DNA of 32,000 bases from Geotalea daltonii FRC-32 (GCF_000022265.1 NC_011979.1:1980001-2012000), one strand, 5' to 3'. Counted from the stretch's first letter, positions 16,045-24,130 are shown. Notes: generated by a model not told the origin, from the letters alone. A program made the numbers and translations.

Positions 16045-16232
16045 CTAAATAGTTTCCATCCGGAAAGGGTTCTTTTCTGTCCTGGCGGCGTCAATCTGCG
16101 GGCTTACTTGTGCGACGTACCGATGTACGTCTCCGCGCAAGCCCTTGATTTCCTTGCCAGAACAAAAAATCCCCTCTTTCCGAATCGGAAACCACTAGTT
16201 TCTCATCCGGAGTTTCCGGATGGAAACTAAAT
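16045..16232. repeat. Nested imperfect inverted-repeat element (MITE-like or structured RNA)
   Basis: The outer arms are TAGTTTCCATCCGGAAA (16050-16066) and TTTCCGGATGGAAACTA (16213-16229), a 17/17 match. The second arm pair is 16067-16086 against 16156-16174 (~16/20). A central hairpin lies at 16100-16144 and includes ACGTAC-CGAT-GTACGT. The right arm carries extra hairpins: TTTCCG-AAT-CGGAAA, GAAAC-CACTA-GTTTC and CATCCGGA-GTT-TCCGGATG (16204-16222). AAAT flanks both ends. Confidence 0.6.
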
Positions 16233-16760
16233 AATATGTCCAGGCACTGGATAATACAAGAACACTTTCCCTTGTCGCCCAAACTTAAAAAAAATCCCAT
16301 CAATACTGGCAAGCCTTTTGTAAAGGGTTAAATATCCAGCCGATGATCAGCATTGGTTCCAGCGACCGACTTGCCAAAAGAAATCAGGTGCGAACGCCCT
16401 GTTTTCAGGTTTTGCAGTTGCCACTACCTCAAATCGGGGTAAGATTGAAAGTCTGATCAAGCTGGAGAAAAAAACTACATCTGCCTCTTTTTTGTGCGAC
16501 AGCGCAGCCAGCTCTTTACTTGACTATCTTTGGGTTCGATGACATTCAGCAGGCATTAGTAGCGGAAATAATTTTATTGATACTAAAAAAATTTGCTCAA
16601 ATTATAAGCAGCTCTATGCTTGTTTCTCTGCGGGCTTTTTGTTATTATCCCGCCTGCACAAAATTTAGACTCTGATTCATTCGACGTTATTGATCTGGCT
16701 CAAGGCCCAAACCTTTGCCACAGCTATAGTTGCTTATTACTTTATTTACGAGGTTTTCCC

Positions 16761-17573
16761 ATGCTGATAGTCGCCTGCATCAAACAGGTTCCGGACACCA
16801 CCCAGGTGCAGATCGACCCGGTTACCAACACCCTGGTCCGGGAAGGAATTCCCTTTATCGTCAATCCCTACGACACCCATGCACTGGAAGAAAGCCTGCG
16901 ACTGAAAGATCGTTTCGGTTGCCGGGTTGCAGCCATCTCCATGGGGCCTCCCAATGCGGAGGCCACACTGAAAAAGGCCCTGGCCCTGGGCGTTGATGAA
17001 GCGATACTGCTCAGCGACCGGGTTTTCGGCGGCGCCGATACCCTGGCCACGAGCAATGTCCTGGCTGCTGCCATCCGCAAATTATCGGAAGAGGAAGAAG
17101 TGGGGCTGGTCATCTGCGGCAAGCAGACTATCGACGGAGATACGGCCCAGGTCGGCCCCGGTATTGCCACCCGTCTCGGTTTCACCCAGCTTACCCTCAT
17201 CGACCGTGTCGAGGATTTCGACCCTAAAGGCCGCAAAATACGTGTCAGGCGCAAGCTTGAAGGGCGGCACGAGATGGTCGAGGCGCCGCTCCCTGCCATG
17301 CTGACCGTCGTTCGCGAACTGAACCGTCCCCGTTACCCGACGGTTCCCATGCGATTGGCATCAGTGGATGCGGAGGTAAAAGTATGGAACAATCAGGTGT
17401 TGAAGCTCGATGAGCAGAAAATAGGACTGAAGGGCTCGCCAACCTGGGTGAGCCGGATCTTTTCCCCTGAACGTGAAAAGGGAGAGATCATCGGCGAAGG
17501 CATCCAGGACCCGAAGCAAACTGCCCGGCTGCTGGTGGAGAAGCTGTTGAGCAAGGATCTGCTCTCAATTTGA
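16761..17573 (+). CDS. etfB: Electron transfer flavoprotein beta subunit
   Basis: ORF track gives 16620..17573. ATG 16761 gives MLIVACIKQVPDTTQVQIDP..NPYDTHALEESLRLKD...AISMGP..A...LKKALALGVDEAILLSD..FGGADTLATS, the EtfB signature. Length 270 aa. Confidence 0.92.
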   Translation: MLIVACIKQVPDTTQVQIDPVTNTLVREGIPFIVNPYDTHALEESLRLKDRFGCRVAAISMGPPNAEATLKKALALGVDEAILLSDRVFGGADTLATSNVLAAAIRKLSEEEEVGLVICGKQTIDGDTAQVGPGIATRLGFTQLTLIDRVEDFDPKGRKIRVRRKLEGRHEMVEAPLPAMLTVVRELNRPRYPTVPMRLASVDAEVKVWNNQVLKLDEQKIGLKGSPTWVSRIFSPEREKGEIIGEGIQDPKQTARLLVEKLLSKDLLSI

Positions 17574-17578
17574 AAACA

Positions 17579-17656
17579 GTGATTGGTGATTGGACAAACA
17601 GTGATTGGTGATTGGTGACGGGTGACTTCGAACCTCGAACCTCGAACTTCGAACGT
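17579..17656. repeat. Array of 10 tandem heptamers filling the etfB-etfA spacer
   Basis: The array reads GTGATTG x2, an 8-nt break (GACAAACA), GTGATTG x2, GTGACGG, GTGACTT, CGAACCT x2, CGAACTT, CGAACGT. The first part is also a 20-nt direct repeat, AAACAGTGATTGGTGATTGG (17574-17593 and 17596-17615). AAGAGG (17662-17667) and ATG 17673 follow. Confidence 0.9.
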
Positions 17657-17672
17657 TTTTTAAGAGGCTTAC

Positions 17673-19001
17673 ATGACCGAAGAAATAAAAAAACCCCTGA
17701 AAAAACCACGCGGCAAGGCCTGCGTTCTGGAAGGTAAGTGCATTGCCTGCGGCGCCCGCTGCCAGAGTTCCTGCCCGGTGGATGCCATAGAGATGAATGA
17801 AGCCGGCGAACCGGTGATCAACCCGGATAAGTGCATCGGCTGTGTCAAGTGCGTCAAAGTCTGCCCTGCCCAGGCCATCGAGATGTTCTTCACCCCCGAA
17901 GAGCAGAAGATTCTCGACGAGATCCTGAAGCAGGGTGCCCCTGCCGTTGAGGAAATGGATGAAGAGGCTGCTTCCCTGGCGAAGAAGCTCGCAGCCTACC
18001 GTGGAGTCTGGGTTTTTATCGAACAGACCGAAGGTGAAGCCGCCAAGGTATCCTGGGAATTGCTCGGCAAGGGAAAAGAACTGGCTGCGGCCCTTGGCGT
18101 TGAGCTTTCCGCGGTGGTCATTGGCGAAAATGTGGAGCATCTCTGCCGCGAAGCCTTCGCCTATGGTGCCGTCAAGGCCTATCTCATGGACGCCCCGGTC
18201 TTCCATTACTACCGTACCGAAAGCTATCTCAGGGGTATCAACCACCTGATCGACAAGTACAAACCGGAGATCATCCTCATGGGCGCCACCGGCCTTGGCC
18301 GCGACCTGGCCGGCGCCGTGGCCACTGTCGTCGGCACCGGCCTCACCGCCGACTGCACCGGCCTTGCCATCGATGACAAGCGCAACCTGATGCAGACCCG
18401 CCCCGCCTTCGGCGGCAACATCATGGCCACCATCATGTGCGATAAGTTCCGTCCCCAGATGGCCACAGTCCGTCCCCACGTCATGCCCATGGCCGAACAC
18501 AAGCCCGGCGCAACGGGTGAAATCATCCGCGAAACCTGTCCCGTACGTGAAGAAGACATCCTGGTCAAGGTGCTGGAGATTATCAGCGACAAGAAAAAAG
18601 ACCAGGTGGATGTGGCTGGCGCCGATTTCATCGTCTCCGGCGGCCGGGGCATGATGGGCAAGGAAAACTTTGCCATGCTCCAGGAATTGGCCAATGAATT
18701 GGGCGGCGTGGTCGGCGCTTCGAGAAGTGCAGTGGATGCAGGCTGGATGCCGCAGGAGCGCCAGGTGGGGCAAACCGGTAAGACCGTTCGCCCAAAGATA
18801 TATATCGCCTGTGGCATCTCCGGAGCTATCCAGCATCTGGTGGGGATGCAGGATTCCGATGTCATTATCGCCATCAACCGCGACAAGGAGGCCCCCATTT
18901 TCGAGGTGGCCACCTACGGTATCGTCGGCGACCTTTTCCAGATCGTGCCGGCCTTTACCAATCTCCTGAGGGAGATGAAGGCTGCGAAAGGCTCAAAGTA
19001 A
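17673..19001 (+). CDS. etfA: Electron transfer flavoprotein alpha subunit with an N-terminal 2x[4Fe-4S] ferredoxin domain
   Basis: CIACGARCQSSCP and CIGCVKCVKVCP are two ferredoxin-type clusters. The EtfA body follows, with C-terminal FAD motifs (FIVSGGRG, GASRSAVDAGW, QVGQTGKTVRPKIYIACGISGAIQH). Confidence 0.92.
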   Translation: MTEEIKKPLKKPRGKACVLEGKCIACGARCQSSCPVDAIEMNEAGEPVINPDKCIGCVKCVKVCPAQAIEMFFTPEEQKILDEILKQGAPAVEEMDEEAASLAKKLAAYRGVWVFIEQTEGEAAKVSWELLGKGKELAAALGVELSAVVIGENVEHLCREAFAYGAVKAYLMDAPVFHYYRTESYLRGINHLIDKYKPEIILMGATGLGRDLAGAVATVVGTGLTADCTGLAIDDKRNLMQTRPAFGGNIMATIMCDKFRPQMATVRPHVMPMAEHKPGATGEIIRETCPVREEDILVKVLEIISDKKKDQVDVAGADFIVSGGRGMMGKENFAMLQELANELGGVVGASRSAVDAGWMPQERQVGQTGKTVRPKIYIACGISGAIQHLVGMQDSDVIIAINRDKEAPIFEVATYGIVGDLFQIVPAFTNLLREMKAAKGSK

Positions 19002-19025
19002 CAATAACCAGAGATGAGGATAACC

Positions 19026-21008
19026 ATGTCACCCAATCCGACACTATTCACCATATTACTCGTTGCTGCCCTGGTTTTTTTCGCCTGGAGCTGCTACAGG
19101 CGTTTCAGCCTCATAACCCTCGGCCGGGAGGAGAATCGCTACGACAACCCCGGGCTGCGCATCTGGGACATGCTCCTCTATGCCTTCGGCCAGAAACGGG
19201 TTGTGCAGAAGCCGTTCGGCATCAACCATTTCGTCATTTTCTGGGCGTTCGTCATTCTTCTCATCGCCAACCTGGAATTCCTGGTCCATGGCGCTTTCCC
19301 GCAATTGGGCCTGTCCGCTTTACCGGCACAGATCCACCATTTCCTGCTTTTCGCCTTCGATGGGGTATCCCTTCTTACCCTGATTGCCATTGCCTTATCC
19401 TTTGCCCGACGGATCTTCTTCCCGCCTCCATACCTCAGTACCCAGTACGTAAAGGCGAGAAGCCCCGAGGCCTTTCTCATCCTTGCTTTCATCGGCCTGC
19501 TCATGCTGGCCTACTTCGGCTTCCACGGCGCTGAAATCGCCCTGGGAGAAACGGAAGCCGCAGCTTATATGCCCGTTTCAGCCTTTGTTGCACAGCTTAT
19601 CGCACCTTACCCCTCACTCCTCGCTCCTTTCGCCGCCATAAGCTGGTGGATCCATGCCCTGGTGCTGCTCGCTTTCATGTGCTTCCTTCCCCACAGCAAG
19701 CACATGCACATTCTTACCGCCATTCCCAACTGCTTCTTCCAGACCCTGGGCAAGGCCAACACCCAGCCCCGGGAGGAATTCATCAAGGGTAACTCCTTCG
19801 GTGTCGCCAGGGTGGATCAGTTCACCTGGAAGGATCTCTTCGATGGCTACTCCTGCACCGAATGCGGCAGATGCCAGGATGCCTGCCCGGCCACCAACAC
19901 CGGCAAGCCCCTCAATCCTCGCCAAGTGATCCATGCCATCAAAACCAACCTCCTGCAGAACGGCCCGCTTATGCAGGAAGGGGGCAAACCGGTGGTGCCG
20001 CTGATCGGTGAAGAAGGGGAGGGGACCAATACCGAGGAGACCATCTGGTCGTGCACCACCTGCGGCGCCTGTCTGCAGGCCTGCCCGGTGATGATCGAGC
20101 AAATGCCGAAAATCATCAAGATGCGCCGCCACCTGGTGCAGATGGAGAGCAAATTCCCGGAAGAACTCCTGAACCTGTTCGAGAACATGGAACAGCGATC
20201 CAACCCATGGGGTATTGCACCGTCGGAGCGGACCAAGTGGGTTTCGACCATGAACGTGCAGCCTTTTGAAAAGGGAAAGACGGAATATCTTTTCTATGTG
20301 GGCTGTGCCGGTTCATTTGATTCCCGGGCCAAGCATATCACCGTGGCCATGGCCACCATACTTGATGCCGCCGGTGTCTCCTGGGGCATCCTGGGCAAGG
20401 AAGAGAACTGCTGCGGCGACAGTCTGCGCAGGCTCGGCAATGAGTTCGTCTTCGACAAGATGGCGAAGGAAAATGTCAGGCAGTTCCAGGAGAAAGGCAT
20501 CACCAAGGTTATTACCCTTTGCCCCCATTGTTTTACTACCTTCAAGAACGATTATCGCCAATATGGGCTGGAACTGGAAGTGATCCACCATACGGAGTTC
20601 ATCAACCAGTTGTTGCAACAGAACAGACTTAAGCTCACCCATCAGGTGAAAGAGCTCGGCAATATCGTTTTCCATGATTCCTGCTACATGGGGCGGCATA
20701 ATGATGTCTTTGACGCCCCCCGTCAGGTGATAGAGGCCGCAACAGGCAACATGCCCCGAGAAATGGAGCGCAGCAGGGAAAATTCCTTCTGTTGCGGCGC
20801 CGGTGGCGGCCGCATGTGGATGGAGGAGTTCAGCGGCGAGCGGATCAACCTGAACCGGGTCAGTGAGGCTCTGACCACCAACCCCGACACCATCTGTGTC
20901 AGCTGCCCCTATTGCATGACCATGTTCGAGGACGGCCTCAAGGACAAGCAGGCGGGGGAGACGAGGGTGAGGGATATAGCAGAACTGGTAGCCGAAGGCC
21001 TCAGGTAG
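19026..21008 (+). CDS. Membrane-anchored HdrD/GlpC-like Fe-S oxidoreductase (candidate Etf:quinone oxidoreductase)
   Basis: ORF track gives 19014..21008. ATG 19026 has GAGGA 5 nt upstream. The N-terminal ~230 aa carry 5-6 TM helices with conserved His. Then come CTECGRCQDACP and CTTCGACLQACP (2x[4Fe-4S]) and two CCG domains (ENCCGD...LCPHC and FCCGAGGG...SCPYC). Confidence 0.9.
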   Translation: MSPNPTLFTILLVAALVFFAWSCYRRFSLITLGREENRYDNPGLRIWDMLLYAFGQKRVVQKPFGINHFVIFWAFVILLIANLEFLVHGAFPQLGLSALPAQIHHFLLFAFDGVSLLTLIAIALSFARRIFFPPPYLSTQYVKARSPEAFLILAFIGLLMLAYFGFHGAEIALGETEAAAYMPVSAFVAQLIAPYPSLLAPFAAISWWIHALVLLAFMCFLPHSKHMHILTAIPNCFFQTLGKANTQPREEFIKGNSFGVARVDQFTWKDLFDGYSCTECGRCQDACPATNTGKPLNPRQVIHAIKTNLLQNGPLMQEGGKPVVPLIGEEGEGTNTEETIWSCTTCGACLQACPVMIEQMPKIIKMRRHLVQMESKFPEELLNLFENMEQRSNPWGIAPSERTKWVSTMNVQPFEKGKTEYLFYVGCAGSFDSRAKHITVAMATILDAAGVSWGILGKEENCCGDSLRRLGNEFVFDKMAKENVRQFQEKGITKVITLCPHCFTTFKNDYRQYGLELEVIHHTEFINQLLQQNRLKLTHQVKELGNIVFHDSCYMGRHNDVFDAPRQVIEAATGNMPREMERSRENSFCCGAGGGRMWMEEFSGERINLNRVSEALTTNPDTICVSCPYCMTMFEDGLKDKQAGETRVRDIAELVAEGLR

Positions 21009-21045
21009 GACGAGACGCGGCAAAAGTCATCTGCTGCGTTACGCG

Positions 21046-21089
21046 CACCCTTCTATCTTCCCCCCTTTATTGGGGGCGATTGAAGGGTG
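21046..21089 (+). other. GC-rich two-tier hairpin 38 nt after the Fe-S oxidoreductase stop (no U-tract)
   Basis: CACCCTTC (21046-21053) pairs with GAAGGGTG (21082-21089). An inner CCCCC-TTTATT-GGGGG stem sits inside. No T run follows the hairpin. Confidence 0.4.
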
Positions 21090-21277
21090 GAATGCTACGC
21101 CTTACTTGGCAGGTTCGCAAGCCTTGCACATGGGCTTTTCCCTGATTCGTGCGACATGGATAGGGCCAATCGGCATTCACTGTAAAAACCATCTGAGTAA
21201 CGATCTTCCGCTCCTTACTTATCCACTCCCTTGATGGGAGGGTCGGGGGAGGGTGAAAATGAGTCTAAAGGCTACCC

Positions 21278-21985
21278 ATGCTGCTCGTAGTACAAAACGA
21301 TCCGCGAGTGCCCCTTGGAACCTATGCCGACTATCTCGCGGAGGCCGGGGTACCATTCCGCACTATTCATCCCTATGCCGGCGAAACGCTCCCTAACCCT
21401 GCCGGTATCGGTGCCGTGATCGTTCTTGGCGGCGCGATGGGGGTCCATGATGTGGATCAGCATCCCTTTATTGCCGAGGTAGAGTTTTTCATTGCCCATG
21501 TGGTTGCTAAAGAAATCCCATTTCTCGGCATCTGCCTTGGCGGCCAGTTTCTTGCCCATGTCCTCGGGGCGACGATAACATCCAACTCTCCATGGAGAGA
21601 GAAAGGGATGCTGTCGGTGACGCTGACCGAATCGGGTTCGGCTGATCCCCTATTCAGAAAAATCGGCCGCCAGTTTATGACCTTCCAGTGGCATAACGAC
21701 AGCTTTGCCATCCCCGATGGAGCAGAACTCCTTGCCTCGTCCCCTGCCTGTCCCAGCCAGGCCTTCCGCTTCGGCTCAAATGCCTACGGCATCCAATTCC
21801 ACCCCGAGGTCAACCGGCAGATCATCGAAAACTGGAGCGGCTGGACCTCTGAAACCAGGGGCCGGAGGCAGGAATTTCTCTCCATCTTCGCTGCCGCTGC
21901 TGCTGCCTATAATGCAGCCTCCCACCGCCTGCTTCTAAATTTCCTGCAGCTGTCCGGGTTGGACAGCAAAACCCAAACACAATAA
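21278..21985 (+). CDS. Class-I glutamine amidotransferase-like protein
   Basis: FLGICLGGQFLA is the nucleophile elbow with Cys. GIQFHPE supplies His/Glu. Length 235 aa. Confidence 0.85.
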   Translation: MLLVVQNDPRVPLGTYADYLAEAGVPFRTIHPYAGETLPNPAGIGAVIVLGGAMGVHDVDQHPFIAEVEFFIAHVVAKEIPFLGICLGGQFLAHVLGATITSNSPWREKGMLSVTLTESGSADPLFRKIGRQFMTFQWHNDSFAIPDGAELLASSPACPSQAFRFGSNAYGIQFHPEVNRQIIENWSGWTSETRGRRQEFLSIFAAAAAAYNAASHRLLLNFLQLSGLDSKTQTQ

Positions 21986-22062
21986 TTCTCTTATCGGGAA
22001 AACTGTGCTATAAAGCGGCTGGCAGCAATCATCTTCAGTGTACTTCAATATCAGGAGGAATT

Positions 22063-22665
22063 ATGAAACTTGTTCGTGCAGTACTTTTGGCGTCGGTTGT
22101 ATCCGCATTTAGCGTATCGTCGCTCTTTGCGGCTGATGAAGCACCGCTCCCCAAGCCTGACGTGCTTACGGAAGAGGCGGTAATGACTTCCAGGCGCCTT
22201 TCCACTTACGATACCATCATTTTGCGTGATCTGAAGGTGGAGGGGGCGGAATACTCCAACATCGATGAAGAGGAAAAGCCGAAAGTCGAAGCAATGAAGC
22301 CGTTTCTGGTGCGTACGGTTGCAGAGTCACTGGAGATGGAGTTGAAGAGACGGAACATGTTCAAAAAGATCCAGAAAAATGGCGAGGCAAAGCAGAAGGC
22401 GGTAATACTGGAGGGAGATTTCACCGAATTTAATGCCGGTAACCGTGCCGTACGTTTCTGGGTGGGCTTCGGCGCAGGCAAGACCTATCTTAGGATGAAG
22501 GGGCGTTTGATCGATGCCGAGACCGGCAAGGAGCTGGCAACGTTCGAAGACCGTGAAACCGGCTACCGTGGTTCCATGACCATGGAGAGTTTCGACGATC
22601 TGTTCCCCCATCAAGCCAAATCTCTTGGGGAAAACATCGCTAACTTCATCGAAAAACTTTACTGA
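22063..22665 (+). CDS. Secreted protein of unknown function (possibly DUF4410-like)
   Basis: AGGAGG lies 5 nt upstream. The signal peptide is MKLVRAVLLASVVSAFSVSSLFA. The motif EGDFTEFNAGNRAVRFWVGFGAGKTYL is present. The family assignment is from memory only. Confidence 0.7.
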   Translation: MKLVRAVLLASVVSAFSVSSLFAADEAPLPKPDVLTEEAVMTSRRLSTYDTIILRDLKVEGAEYSNIDEEEKPKVEAMKPFLVRTVAESLEMELKRRNMFKKIQKNGEAKQKAVILEGDFTEFNAGNRAVRFWVGFGAGKTYLRMKGRLIDAETGKELATFEDRETGYRGSMTMESFDDLFPHQAKSLGENIANFIEKLY

Positions 22666-22684
22666 TCAACCGATGAAGAAAAAA

Positions 22685-22717
22685 AGCCGGGACTGTCACT
22701 GCAGTCCCGGCTTTTTT
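22685..22717. terminator. Bidirectional intrinsic terminator between convergent genes
   Basis: An 11-bp perfect stem AGCCGGGACTG / CAGTCCCGGCT, flanked by an A-run (22675-22685) and a T-run (22712-22717). Confidence 0.85.
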
Positions 22718-22761
22718 GTTTATAGAGGATAAAGGCCGCTGTGGGAAAATCTCTTCAATTC

Positions 22762-24069
22762 TTATCCCTCGCCGGCATCTCTGCGGTTGGAGTCCGGCAG
22801 GTGGTAGGTCCTTTTGAAGTCTGCCCGGGCGAAGGAATAGGGGAAGTGGGCCGGGTCGGTATAGGTCCCGGCCAGGATGGCAGCAGTGTCCTCGGCAAAG
22901 ACCAGCTCCTCGGCGGTGGGGATGACAAATATCTTTACCGGCGAGTGATTGGCGGAAATCTTCATTTCGGACTCAAGGGAAACCGCCTTGCGGTTGGCCT
23001 CCTTATCCAGAACAATGCCGAAAATTTCCAGTCCCTGCAGCGTCTGCTCCCTTATCTGCCAGGCCATGACTCCCACTCCTGCGGTAAATACCAGCGCATC
23101 AAGCGGCCCGATGGCAGCCAGATAGGCGCCGATATATTTTTTCAGCCGGTACGCCTCTATCTCGAAGGCGAGCCTGCACCGGTCATCCCCTGCCTCCATT
23201 TCACGGATGATGTCCCGCCGGTCCTTGTATCTGCCGGTAATGCCCAGCATGCCGCTCTTCATGTTGAGGATGGTGTCCATCTCTCGCGGCGAAACATCCT
23301 TCTCCTGCATGATGAATGGGGGAATGCCAGGGTCGATGTCGCCGCAACGGGTACCCATGGCAGCCCCCTCGATGGGAGTGAGTCCCATGCTTGTGTCGAT
23401 GGAGGCGCCATTCTTGATGGCACAGAGCGACGCGCCTTTTCCGATGTGCAGGGTGATCAGATTGCACTGGGTGGCGGGTTTACCGAGAAGGGCTGCAGCC
23501 CGCCTGGAAACAAAAAGGTGGGATGCGCCATGGAAGCCGTAGCGGCGGACGCCGTATTCTTCGTACCATTCGTGGGGGAGGGGATAAATGAAGGCATGTT
23601 CGGGCATGGTTTGGTGAAAAGCGGTATCGAAGATGGCTACGTGGGGAATGCCGGGCAACAGGGCCTGTGCAGCCTCGATGCCGGCTATGTTGTTGCTGTT
23701 GTGCTGGGGAGCCAGTTGAACCATCTCCCGCACCGCTGCCATCACTTCATCATCGATGAGCAGCGAGTGGGTGAACTTTTCTCCGCCATGGGCAACGCGG
23801 TGGCCGACGGCGCCGATCTCCGAAATGTCGCTTATAACTCCCAGTTCGGAACTGGTCAGGGTTCTCAGAATAAGTTCGATGGCAGTGCGGTGGTCCGGGC
23901 AGTCCTGCTCGATGCGGACGGTCGGAGAGCCGGGTATTTCATGGTCGAAGAAGGAATCACCGATAATGACCCGTTCAACAGTGCCTCCGGCCAGGACCTT
24001 GTTGTTGTCCCAGTCGAAGAGCTGATAACGTACCGAGTAGCTCCAGCAATTGATGGTTAAAATGATCAC
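22762..24069 (-). CDS. Acetate/propionate kinase family protein, divergent paralogue
   Basis: ORF track gives 22762..24075. GTG 24069 has GGGAG (24079..24075) 5 nt upstream and puts Asn at residue 7, as in canonical AckA. Motifs present: GHRVAHGG, FDTAFHQTMP, RRYGFHGASH, ITLHIGKGASLCAIKNGASIDTSMGLTPIEGAAMGTRCGDIDPG, FTAGVG and IPTAEE. The N-terminal phosphate loop is atypical: NCWSYSVRY where NCGSSS(L/I)KY is expected. Confidence 0.85.
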   Translation of the reverse strand: MIILTINCWSYSVRYQLFDWDNNKVLAGGTVERVIIGDSFFDHEIPGSPTVRIEQDCPDHRTAIELILRTLTSSELGVISDISEIGAVGHRVAHGGEKFTHSLLIDDEVMAAVREMVQLAPQHNSNNIAGIEAAQALLPGIPHVAIFDTAFHQTMPEHAFIYPLPHEWYEEYGVRRYGFHGASHLFVSRRAAALLGKPATQCNLITLHIGKGASLCAIKNGASIDTSMGLTPIEGAAMGTRCGDIDPGIPPFIMQEKDVSPREMDTILNMKSGMLGITGRYKDRRDIIREMEAGDDRCRLAFEIEAYRLKKYIGAYLAAIGPLDALVFTAGVGVMAWQIREQTLQGLEIFGIVLDKEANRKAVSLESEMKISANHSPVKIFVIPTAEELVFAEDTAAILAGTYTDPAHFPYSFARADFKRTYHLPDSNRRDAGEG

Positions 24070-24099
24070 GGACACTCCCGAAGCGGACAGGAGCCCAGC

Positions 24100-24130
24100 A
24101 AATAAAAAAGCCGGCCTTCAAAAGCCAGCT
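24100..24130 (-). terminator. Intrinsic-terminator-like hairpin inside the 5' leader of the acetate-kinase paralogue
   Basis: Minus strand: AGCTGGC-TTTTGAAG-GCCGGCT (7 bp, one G-U pair) followed by TTTTTTATTT. It ends 30 nt upstream of GTG 24069. Confidence 0.55.

Noticed and set aside
15820-16312. ORFs 15820..16230 (+) and 16091..16312 (-), and a 37-codon ATG ORF at 16343, inside the 753-bp spacer.
   Set aside because: They have no RBS, use non-ATG or context-free starts, run through perfect palindromes, and have an odd composition. They are most likely non-coding.
16307-16322. Sigma-54-like box TGGCAAGCCTTTTGTA downstream of the inverted-repeat element.
   Set aside because: The -12 element is GT instead of the near-invariant GC, and it would imply a ~430-nt leader before etfB. 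I keep it only as a weak possibility in the 16045-16232 finding.
17579-17656. The heptamer array as a CRISPR array or a coding peptide repeat.
   Set aside because: The units are 7 nt with no spacers, so this is not CRISPR. The period is not a multiple of 3 and the array lies between a stop codon and the next RBS.
17565-18836. Long antisense ORFs in the track: 17565..18836 (-, 423 aa), 22741..24060 (+, 439 aa), 4902..5837 (-, 311 aa), 20313..21023 (-), 1017..1646 (-) and many shorter ones.
   Set aside because: Each lies fully opposite a gene with strong family motifs. They have no start context and a low-complexity G/A/R/P-rich composition typical of open antisense frames in GC-rich DNA.
21097-21125. 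Sigma-54-like TTGGCAGGTTCGCAAGCCTTGCA between the Fe-S oxidoreductase and GATase genes.
   Set aside because: The TTGC lies 7 nt too far from the GG for a -24/-12 promoter.
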